Assembly (NCBI GenBank): GCA_027320085.1 | Contig: DAHVLZ010000024.1 | Location: 1 to 12,948, forward strand | DNA from: Pseudomonadota bacterium | GTDB taxonomy: Bacteria; Pseudomonadota; Gammaproteobacteria; JAKAQQ01 | DNA length: 12,948 nucleotides | Direction: 5' to 3' | In this document: in pieces, positions 1 to 6,618 of the stretch | How positions within the stretch are numbered: the first letter of the stretch is position 1 | Layout: each line of letters opens with the position of its first letter | Notes under the pieces: model-generated | What the model was told of the DNA's origin: nothing | Seen by the model: only the letters and a program-made list of their open reading frames with translations | Databases searched by the model: none | Made by a program: the position numbers and the translations under genes

Positions 1-523
1 GCGCACCAGCGATGTCGCCCTGGTAGTCGATGATCACCCTGTCACCGGCCTGCGACGGACGTTCCACGGCCTCCCAGGCGACCCGCTGGCGGCGCAGTTT
101 CTCCAGCATGGAATCCACGTCATGCTCGGCGATCTCCGCCGCCGGGCGCGTGATCTTGAGCGTGTCCACGCCGGCGAGCGTGAATTCGGGATACACTTCG
201 AAGGTCGCGGTGTACTCCAGCCCGGTGCCGGCCTCGACCTTGGGCTCTATCCTGGGCCCGCCGGCCGGGCGCAACTTTTCCTGCACCAGCGCTTCCCGCA
301 GGCTGGACTGCATTAGATCGCCCAGCACCTCGCGACGCACCGCGCCGCCGAACTTGCGTTCCACCACCTTGTACGGCACCTTGCCGGGACGAAAGCCCGC
401 CACCTTGGCCTGCTGAGCCAGCGTGCGCAGGCGGCTCTCCACCTCCTGCTCGATACGCTCCACGGGAACGCGCACCGTCATGCGGCGCTCCAGACCCCCG
501 GTCGTTTCCACAGATACTTGCAT
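1..523 (-). CDS. tig: Trigger factor, N-terminal part (runs off the left edge of the window)
   Basis: Not in the ORF track because it has no stop in the window. Manual translation from ATG at 523: MQVSVETTGGLERRMTVRVPVERIEQEVESRLRTLAQQAKVAGFRPGKVPYKVVERKFGGAVRREVLGDLMQSSLREAL...LEYTATFEVYPEF...GDRVIIDYQG. It contains the ribosome-binding signature GFRPGKVP and the start of the FKBP domain. A GAAGGGG RBS lies upstream, and it is directly downstream of tRNA-Leu. Confidence 0.97.
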   Translation of the reverse strand, partial: MQVSVETTGGLERRMTVRVPVERIEQEVESRLRTLAQQAKVAGFRPGKVPYKVVERKFGGAVRREVLGDLMQSSLREALVQEKLRPAGGPRIEPKVEAGTGLEYTATFEVYPEFTLAGVDTLKITRPAAEIAEHDVDSMLEKLRRQRVAWEAVERPSQAGDRVIIDYQGDIAGA

Positions 524-612
524 GTAACCACCCCTTCACACGCGCAACCACCGCGCCGTTAGCATTTTGATCCATCGGGACGGATGTTATGACGCCCTCC
601 GCCTTCGCGGCC

Positions 613-697
613 TGGTGCGAAAGGAGAGACTCGAACTCTCACGGGTCGCCCCACTGGTACCTAAAACCAGCGCGTCTACCAGTTCCGCCACTTTCGC
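613..697 (-). tRNA. tRNA-Leu (anticodon TAG), CCA encoded
   Basis: Reverse complement is GCGAAAGTGGCGGAACTGGTAGACGCGCTGGTTTTAGGTACCAGTGGGGCGACCCGTGAGAGTTCGAGTCTCTCCTTTCGCACCA (85 nt). Acceptor stem GCGAAAG/CTTTCGC, anticodon stem CTGGT/ACCAG with loop TTTAGGT, long variable arm, T-loop GTTCGAG. Confidence 0.97.
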
Positions 698-721
698 GCC
701 GGACCGCATCTCCCCCGGAGC

Positions 722-766
722 ACGATACCCGATGGATTGATCGGAAGCAAACCCGCCTTTATTTTA
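722..766 (-). promoter_or_regulatory. Putative sigma70 promoter for tRNA-Leu/tig
   Basis: On the minus strand, TTGCTT (750-745) is followed by 17 bp and then TATCGT (727-722), with a GC-rich discriminator (GCTCCG) after it. An AT-rich TAAAATAAAG tract upstream resembles an UP element. This layout is typical of stable-RNA promoters. Confidence 0.6.
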
Positions 767-792
767 CCCGAAGCGGAGCGTCACGGGACCCC

Positions 793-1833
793 TCACCCGG
801 TGCCCCGGGTCCAGTCCGCACAATAGCGGATGAGGCTTTGCATGGCGGGCCGGTCCCGACCATGGACCGGCCAGCGGAGGTGCGCCCGAACGAGGGTGGC
901 GGAAAGCCGGTGGAGCACCCGGAGATCCGCTCGGAGGGCCGCCACATGGCGGTCCGACGGATTTCGGCGCTCGACCTCGGCCAGTTCGCCGAGAAAGGAA
1001 CGAACCGACGGCCCAGCCAGGGTTTGGGCCAGCTCGATGCCGGTGGTGGCGAAACGACCCGGGGTACCGGCCGCCAGACCGATCCGGATGGCCGTCTGCC
1101 AGCAGTCGGCGTTCTCCAAACGGCGGTCTTTGGCACGGTGGTTTTCCTTGCTGCCGGGCGGCTGCCGGGCAGCCTCCGCCATGATTTCGAGATCGGCGCC
1201 GACATCCGCCAGGGCCGCCCGAAGGGCATGGAACCGGACCTTCTGGAAAAGCCGGGACTGACGGAGGGTGGTGGGATACCAGGCGGCGGTGACGACGGGG
1301 ATGGTCTTGCGACCCCGGACATCAAAATGGAGTTCGAGCGACTGCTGCCAGGGTACGAGGAGGAGGGTGATGCGTGCGGGCTTTGGGGTCTCGCCTGAGA
1401 GACGCCCGATTAAGGCATAGAGACGGCGAAAGCCCTCCTGCCAGCCATAAGCCCTCCGGCGTCCGGCCACCCGCGTGACGTACCCCAGGCGGGGCGCATC
1501 CCGGTGCCAGAGCAGCCAGGAACGGACGACGGCCGGCGGCGCTTCGACCCGCCAGCGCCAGTTCCGGTACCGCCCCCGACTTACGAGGCGGGACTCGAGC
1601 AGGCGGAGGGGCGTGGTCCCGCGGTAGCGGCGGCCCTTGAGCTCGATCTGCCAGCGCACGCGATAGGGGGGATGGGCGGAGTGGATGCGGGCGCTCCGGA
1701 GGGGAAAGCTCCGAACGGAGGGTAAAGCCTCAATCCAGCCCGGGAGGCCAACCCCGCTCCCGCACCCCGCAAGCGCAAGAAGCACGAGCCCCAGCCCCAC
1801 GAGACCGACACCCCTCCGCGATCCACCCGGCAC
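793..1833 (-). CDS. Hypothetical lipoprotein, Arg/Trp-rich
   Basis: Long ORF (track 793..1872). The start is placed at GTG 1833 because GGAGG lies 5 nt upstream, giving MPGGSRRGVGLVGLGLVLLALAG-C with an LAGC lipobox. It fills the gap between acyP and the tRNA promoter. No family recognised. Confidence 0.7.
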   Translation of the reverse strand: MPGGSRRGVGLVGLGLVLLALAGCGSGVGLPGWIEALPSVRSFPLRSARIHSAHPPYRVRWQIELKGRRYRGTTPLRLLESRLVSRGRYRNWRWRVEAPPAVVRSWLLWHRDAPRLGYVTRVAGRRRAYGWQEGFRRLYALIGRLSGETPKPARITLLLVPWQQSLELHFDVRGRKTIPVVTAAWYPTTLRQSRLFQKVRFHALRAALADVGADLEIMAEAARQPPGSKENHRAKDRRLENADCWQTAIRIGLAAGTPGRFATTGIELAQTLAGPSVRSFLGELAEVERRNPSDRHVAALRADLRVLHRLSATLVRAHLRWPVHGRDRPAMQSLIRYCADWTRGTG

Positions 1834-1948
1834 CACGACCTCCCGGCGGAGCCCCCCGAACCGCCTGCTCACCCCTTTTTGAGGGTAGCACGAACAGGCA
1901 TGGCGACGCCCCCGCCCAGGTGGCGCCCGCCTCGCCTTCGGGCGGGCA

Positions 1949-2269
1949 TCAGGAATCGCGCCGGATGTGAAAGCCGCCAGCGGGCGGAGCGGACTCGAGG
2001 TTCTCGCAGCTTATTTCGTGGACCCGAGACCCTCGTGGACCCTGGCGGAGACGTTCGGTCAGGCGCCCGAGCTCGGCCTCGGGTCCGGCAGCCAGGATCT
2101 CCACGCGCCCGTCAGGCGCATTGCGAACCCAGCCGGTGAGACCGAGCGCCAAGGCCTGCCTTTCAACGAAGCGTCGGAAGCCGACCCCCTGCACCCGCCC
2201 TTGCACCCAGAAATGCCTGACCCGAAGGCCGAATCCCTCCGATCGCGTGGCATTGTCTTGGGATTCCAT
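1949..2269 (-). CDS. acyP: Acylphosphatase
   Basis: Signature VQGRVQGVGFRR and GLTGWVRNAPDGRVEI, 106 aa. ATG 2269 has a GGAGGGAG RBS. The track start at 2368 overlaps the LysR gene. Confidence 0.93.
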   Translation of the reverse strand: MESQDNATRSEGFGLRVRHFWVQGRVQGVGFRRFVERQALALGLTGWVRNAPDGRVEILAAGPEAELGRLTERLRQGPRGSRVHEISCENLESAPPAGGFHIRRDS

Positions 2270-2327
2270 GCAATCTCCCTCCAGGTCTGACCCGGGATCC
2301 CCCATCCTAGCCGCGAAAGCCGGAATT

Positions 2328-3230
2328 TCACAAGCCGGGGGTCTCGATCGGATGGAACTCGCGCACAATCCGCAAAAAAGCGGTCAGGGCCGGACTCGGA
2401 CGCCGCCGCTTGAGCACAAGCCAGGTCATCTGACGCACAAGCACCAGTTCCGCAAGGTTCAGGATCCGGAGCGTCCCCGCGGTCAACTCATCGGCGATGG
2501 CACGCCTGGAAACCAGGGAGACCGCGACACCGCTTGCCAGCACATCCTTGATGGCCTCGGTACTCCCAAGGCAGAGCATGTCGCGGGGTGCGACCCCGAT
2601 TCGGGACAGGTGACCCAGAACCACCTCGCGGGTTCCGGAACCCGGTTCGCGGATCAGGAAGATGTGATCCTCGAGCGTCTCCAGTCCCGGATTCCCCCCG
2701 TTGAGGGGATGCGAGGCCCCGACCACGGGAACCAGTTCGTCCTGATCGAATGCCCGGACCTCGAACTCCTCCGGCGGGGCGGTCTCTCCCTCGACGAACC
2801 CCGCCTCGGCAAGCCCCCCGGCAAGTGCCTGGTGGACGCCCGAAGAGTTGGTGATGACGAGAGAGACCCGGACCTCGGGATGCCGCCGGTGAAACCGGGC
2901 CACGAGTCTCGGCAGGATGTAGTTCCCGATCGTGGTGCTCGCAACCAGATCCAGGCTTCCGCCCCGGAGCGTTTCGAGTTCGCGTACCGAGGCTTCGGCC
3001 TCCCGCTCCAAAAGTCCGATCCGCCGTGCGTACTGGAAGAGAACCTGGCCACTCACGGTGAGACGGACCCCGCGGGGGAGACGGTCGAAGAGCTGGGTGC
3101 CGAGCTCGCGTTCCAGCGTCCGGAGTTCGCGCGTGACCGCCGGTTGGGTCACCCCGAGCTGTTCGGATGCTTTCGTGATGTTGCCGACCTCGGCAACCGT
3201 TCGGAAGATCTTGAGATGCCAGAGATTCAT
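2328..3230 (-). CDS. LysR-family transcriptional regulator (CysL/YeiE-like subgroup)
   Basis: N-terminal LysR HTH (LKIFRTVAEVGNITKASEQLGVTQPAVTRELRTLERELGTQLFDR...VRLTVSG). Effector-domain motifs ASTTIGNYILP, IREPGSGTREV and LGSTEAIK are typical of CysL/YeiE/CbbR-like LTTRs. 300 aa from ATG 3230, divergent from the sulfur operon. Confidence 0.93.
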   Translation of the reverse strand: MNLWHLKIFRTVAEVGNITKASEQLGVTQPAVTRELRTLERELGTQLFDRLPRGVRLTVSGQVLFQYARRIGLLEREAEASVRELETLRGGSLDLVASTTIGNYILPRLVARFHRRHPEVRVSLVITNSSGVHQALAGGLAEAGFVEGETAPPEEFEVRAFDQDELVPVVGASHPLNGGNPGLETLEDHIFLIREPGSGTREVVLGHLSRIGVAPRDMLCLGSTEAIKDVLASGVAVSLVSRRAIADELTAGTLRILNLAELVLVRQMTWLVLKRRRPSPALTAFLRIVREFHPIETPGL

Positions 3231-3259
3231 GGTTTTGTACTCATATTCATTTAAATATT

Positions 3260-3314
3260 TTATCATTTTGATAATAAAAATGCATTTTATTTATTTATAA
3301 ACCGCGATCATAAT
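3260..3314. promoter_or_regulatory. Divergent AT-rich promoter region with LysR-type operator(s)
   Basis: TTATC-ATTTT-GATAA dyad at 3260-3274 containing T-N11-A. A second perfect palindrome AAAATGCATTTT at 3277-3288. A -10-like CATAAT at 3309-3314 on the plus strand with no good -35, as expected for an activator-dependent promoter. Confidence 0.7.
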
Positions 3315-3383
3315 GCCGCCCGTCGGTGAGAGCCGGGCCTCCGGCCCGGGCTCTCCATTGATCACCCACTCGGAGACCGAATC

Positions 3384-3947
3384 ATGAAACGCCTAACCCT
3401 GAACTTACCGAAACGGGCCCTGCCCTTTCTCGCCATGACCCTGCTCACCCTGCCGATCGCGTCCGCGAAACCGTTCTGGAGCTATCCCGTGATCCGGGGC
3501 TACGGCCCGGTCCACATCTGGCCGAATGTCGCCCTGCGACCGAATCCGCACCAGAGCTACCGTGCCCTCTTCGACGTCACCAAACCCGGCAAGAGTTTCC
3601 TCAAGCTCAATCCGGGCCTGAGCCACATTGCCCGCGCCGTGAATACCTTCGTCGCCGCCGGCGTGCCGCTCAGCCATCTGCACTTTGTGGTCATCATCCA
3701 CGGTCCGGCCACCCCCATCGCCCTGGGTGCACGGACGTTTGAGGCGGTGTTCCATCATCCGGACCCGAACCTCCAGATCATCCAGGACCTCAGCCGGGCC
3801 GGCGTGCACATCTACGTCTGCGGGAACGCGCTCGGGGATATGCACTACAACCCGCGAGAGGTCAATCCCCAAATCACAGTCGCCCTCTCCGCCCTCACGA
3901 CCCTCGTCATGATTGAGGACCAGGGTTACGCCTTGATGCGGATGTGA
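3384..3947 (+). CDS. Exported DsrE/DsrF-like family protein (putative sulfur carrier)
   Basis: Sec-type signal peptide (MKR...FLAMTLLTLPIASA-K). DsrE-family pattern: ALFDV...GLSHIARAVN...FVVIIHGPA...NLQIIQDLSRAGVHIYVCGNAL...VALSALTTLVMIEDQGY. Its only Cys is in VCGNA. GGAG RBS. Confidence 0.85.
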   Translation: MKRLTLNLPKRALPFLAMTLLTLPIASAKPFWSYPVIRGYGPVHIWPNVALRPNPHQSYRALFDVTKPGKSFLKLNPGLSHIARAVNTFVAAGVPLSHLHFVVIIHGPATPIALGARTFEAVFHHPDPNLQIIQDLSRAGVHIYVCGNALGDMHYNPREVNPQITVALSALTTLVMIEDQGYALMRM

Positions 3948-3955
3948 TCGATGGC

Positions 3956-3995
3956 CCGGGATCGGCGGCGGTCACCGACCGCCGCCGGAACCCGG
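3956..3995 (+). other. Strong intercistronic RNA hairpin with no U-tract
   Basis: CGGCGGCGGTC (3963-3973), loop ACC, GACCGCCGCCG (3977-3987) form a perfect 11-bp stem, extended by CCGGG (3956-3960) pairing with CCCGG (3991-3995). Confidence 0.7.
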
Positions 3996-4027
3996 CGCGA
4001 TGACCCGTCTTACCCCGGAGACCTTCC

Positions 4028-5053
4028 ATGAATCCGAACACCCACGATTTCCGCTCCCCCGGCCTTCTGGTCCTGGCCTGCGCTCTCCTTGCAACCGGCC
4101 TCCTGCCCAGGCCCGTACAGGCCTCGACCCTGCCCTGGAACGGGAAAGTCCACGCACCGCTCTACCGCGAAAGCGTCTTTCCGCCCTGGCAACACGGCCA
4201 GAACGATCCCGCCATTCCCACGGGCTTCACGTTCACCGTCCCCGAAGTCGACGACCTCGCCGACTTTCACGGGAATCCCGAAACCGCGAAGCTGGTCCTT
4301 TTCGTCGGGGGCAACTACTACTTTGCCATGGCACCCCTCGTCGACGCCTTCGAAGCCGAGCACCCGCGCCTGCGCGGCCACATCTACTACGAGACCCTCC
4401 CCCCCGGAATCCTCACCCGCCAGATGGATCAGGGAGGCGTCATCACGGTCGGCAACATGACCTGGCGTGCGCGTCCCGATGTCTATGCCGCAGGTCTCCT
4501 CAAGCTCAAGACGCTGATGCACGAGGGTGCGGTCATTGCCCCCCTCGTGCCCTACGTCACGAACGACCTCGCCATCATGATTCCGGAGGGCAATCCCGGC
4601 CGGGTGCGGGGACTGGCCGATCTCGGGCGCCCGGGTCTCCGGCTCGCCATGCCGAATCCCGCCTGGGAAGGTGTTGCGCGCCAAATCCGCCTGTCTCTGC
4701 TCAAAGCAGGAGGCCCGGCGCTCGCGCGGGCGGTTTATGCCACCAAGGTCAGGGACGGCCAAACCCTCCTCACCCACATCCACCATCGCCAGACACCGCT
4801 CTTCCTCATGCAGGGCCTGGCCCAAGCGGGCGTGACCTGGGCGTCCGAGGCGATCTTCCAGGAACAGGTGGGTCATCCCATCCGCCTGATTCCGATCCCG
4901 GCGCGCGACAACACGACCGCAATCTACGCGGCCGCCGTTGTGAAAGGCGCCCCCCACCCCCGAGCCGCCCGGGCCTGGCTCCGCTTTCTCAAGAGTCCCA
5001 AAGCCCTGGCCATCCTCGAACGCTACGGGTTCCGTCCCTACCGGAGGCCTTAA
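4028..5053 (+). CDS. Periplasmic ModA-like oxyanion-binding protein (putative thiosulfate-binding protein)
   Basis: Signal peptide ending VQA-S. ModA/SBP class II pattern: PDVYAAG, YVTNDLAIMIPEGNPGRVRGLADL, LAMPNP, AGVTWASEA, YAAAVVKGAPHPRAARAWLRFLKSPKALAILERYGF. ModA-like binding proteins are known neighbours of doxDA in Acidithiobacillus. No ABC permease or ATPase is adjacent. Confidence 0.85.
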   Translation: MNPNTHDFRSPGLLVLACALLATGLLPRPVQASTLPWNGKVHAPLYRESVFPPWQHGQNDPAIPTGFTFTVPEVDDLADFHGNPETAKLVLFVGGNYYFAMAPLVDAFEAEHPRLRGHIYYETLPPGILTRQMDQGGVITVGNMTWRARPDVYAAGLLKLKTLMHEGAVIAPLVPYVTNDLAIMIPEGNPGRVRGLADLGRPGLRLAMPNPAWEGVARQIRLSLLKAGGPALARAVYATKVRDGQTLLTHIHHRQTPLFLMQGLAQAGVTWASEAIFQEQVGHPIRLIPIPARDNTTAIYAAAVVKGAPHPRAARAWLRFLKSPKALAILERYGFRPYRRP

Positions 5054-5056
5054 GAC

Positions 5057-6205
5057 ATGAAGTCCCGAACCGCGCGTGCCGAAGGAGATCCGGCAGACGC
5101 CAGACGGCCCGGCTGGGATCTCATCGCCTGGGCACTTCTGATCGTCCGCTTCACGCAGGGCTGGATCTTCTGGGGTGGGGGCAGTCGCCGATTCATCTAT
5201 GCCCCGCAGAAACTGGATCCCCATGCGGCCAGCTGGATGGCCAACAAACTCCAGACTGCAATCCCGGGCGCCCTCTTCGGGCTGGGATCCGTACTCGCCT
5301 ACCTCCTCCACCACTTCACCCTGCTCTATGGGGCACTCATCCTTTTCAGTGCCGCCGAACTCCTCTTCGGCGTCTTTCTCATCGCGGGTTTCATGACCCG
5401 ACTCTCCGCCCTCGTCACGATCGGCTTGAGCATCGCCCTCATGCTGCTCTTCGGCTGGCAGGGGGCCACCTGCATCGACGAGTGGACCATGGCCTCGGCC
5501 ACGCTCGCCATGGGACTCGCGCTCTTCCTCGGCGGGGCCACGGCCGGATCCGTCGACGGCTGGCTGCTTCGGCGTTCACCCGCGCTCGAGCAGAAGGCCT
5601 GGTTCCAATGGCTGGGCAGCGGCGCCTGGCCGGAAGCGAGGCTCAAACGGTGGAGCCTGGTGGGCACACTCGTGGCCGGACTCTTCATCGTGCTCACATA
5701 TAATTACTATCGGGGTTCCGTCCTCAGTCCCTTCCACGGCGGACCGACCAGCCCCTCACGCCACACCCTCGCCCTGTCCCGTGGCCGGCTCCTCGGGAAC
5801 GGGACGGTCTCCTTCAGGATGTCGGTCACGGCGGGTACGGCCGCCGAGCCGGCCCACATCGTCCGGATCGGACTTTATGCGCCGGATGGACGGATCGTTG
5901 AGCGCTGGGATACCGAAACCCTGGCTCATCTCTCACCGGATCGGATCCACAACGATTTCGCCTACAACCGCTTCCTCCCGGGCTTTATGGGGCTGATCGG
6001 GCGGGTCGGAGCGGAGGCCACCCTCACACTGCCACCCGGCCGGTCCCCGCCTACCGGGGTTCCCGGCAGCTATCGGCTGGAGGTGCGGACGGTCAGCGGG
6101 GCCCGCTATCTCCTCCCCCTCTCAAGCCCGTCAGGGAGGGAGGCGAAGGCCAGCCAGCCATCCGGACCGGGTCTTGCCCACGAGGGGGGGGCCGGTTCAG
6201 CCTGA
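5057..6205 (+). CDS. doxDA: Thiosulfate:quinone oxidoreductase (TQO), fused DoxD-DoxA
   Basis: N-terminal multi-pass DoxD/DoxX-like domain (RFTQGWIFWGGGSRR, KLDP..WMANK, FSAAELLFGVFLIAGFMTRLSAL, GWQGATCIDEW, SVDGW), followed by one more TM helix and a soluble DoxA-like C-terminal domain (RIHNDFAYNRF). It starts 3 nt after the SBP stop, with GGAGG inside the SBP 3' end. Confidence 0.88.
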   Translation: MKSRTARAEGDPADARRPGWDLIAWALLIVRFTQGWIFWGGGSRRFIYAPQKLDPHAASWMANKLQTAIPGALFGLGSVLAYLLHHFTLLYGALILFSAAELLFGVFLIAGFMTRLSALVTIGLSIALMLLFGWQGATCIDEWTMASATLAMGLALFLGGATAGSVDGWLLRRSPALEQKAWFQWLGSGAWPEARLKRWSLVGTLVAGLFIVLTYNYYRGSVLSPFHGGPTSPSRHTLALSRGRLLGNGTVSFRMSVTAGTAAEPAHIVRIGLYAPDGRIVERWDTETLAHLSPDRIHNDFAYNRFLPGFMGLIGRVGAEATLTLPPGRSPPTGVPGSYRLEVRTVSGARYLLPLSSPSGREAKASQPSGPGLAHEGGAGSA

Positions 6206-6300
6206 AAGAGCCCCGGGAGGGGAAACCCTGTCCCACGGCCGGTGCCGGAGGTCGGGACCGGATATTCGCGGTTTGGGTGGAATGCTGACCGGTTCGCGGT

Positions 6301-6420
6301 TCTGATCTCCTCTACCCGCGCGTCGACCACCAGGTATTTCGCGTGGTCGCCCCGGGGACTCAAATAAAAACATGGTCACCACCTGCGACCAGGCTCCGGA
6401 CAGGCACTGCAACCGCTGCC
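6301..6420 (-). pseudogene. Possible highly degenerate IS256 (mutator-family) transposase fragment
   Basis: The minus-strand peptide ...SPRGDHAKYLVVDARVEEIR (KYLVVDARVEEIR = 6339-6301) resembles the IS256 first catalytic Asp region (RPL..YPYL.VDARYEKVR). The match is short, and no intact ORF or terminal repeats were found. Confidence 0.3.
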
Positions 6421-6618
6421 GGCACTGACCGGAGGATGCCAATCTCGAGGATCACCCGGGACTCTGTGAACCTGGAAACGCGTGTTATCCTTCGGATCAA
6501 CGGAGAGATCCCGCGCGCTCCGACGGGTACGTCCCGGGCCCAAACAGATGCGTCAATATCCTGTTGAGCGCGGATCACCGGTGGGTGAAACAAGCATGGA
6601 GTTTGTGGAGGATCAATC

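Noticed and set aside
30-575. Track ORFs 30..416 (+), 120..575 (-) and 122..316 (+)
   Set aside because: They are alternative frames of the real tig gene, which the track missed because it is open at the window edge.
613-697. tRNA-Leu as an integration site for a genomic island
   Set aside because: The tRNA 3' end faces tig directly. The accessory genes lie on its 5' side, and I saw no integrase or duplicated tRNA 3' end.
570-737. 10-bp inverted repeat ATCCATCGGG (570-579) / CCCGATGGAT (728-737) flanking the tRNA
   Set aside because: One arm lies in the predicted promoter spacer and would not be transcribed. A match of this length is plausible by chance.
2121-3254. 377-aa ORF antisense to the LysR gene, and similar long antisense ORFs over the SBP and kor genes (e.g. 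4010..5314, 7455..8483, 8483..9508, 10053..11012)
   Set aside because: Antisense shadows caused by GC3-biased codon usage. No recognisable domains.
4028-4090. LVLAC in the SBP signal peptide as a lipobox
   Set aside because: The -2 residue is non-canonical, and the hydrophobic stretch continues to a better signal peptidase I site (VQA-S).
4399-4405. C7 homopolymer in the SBP gene as a phase-variation tract
   Set aside because: Too short, in frame, and explained by the Leu-Pro-Pro codons.
4000-5703. 567-aa plus-strand ORF overlapping the SBP and doxDA genes
   Set aside because: Arg/Pro/His-rich off-frame shadow of two well-supported genes, which is typical of high-GC DNA. No motifs.
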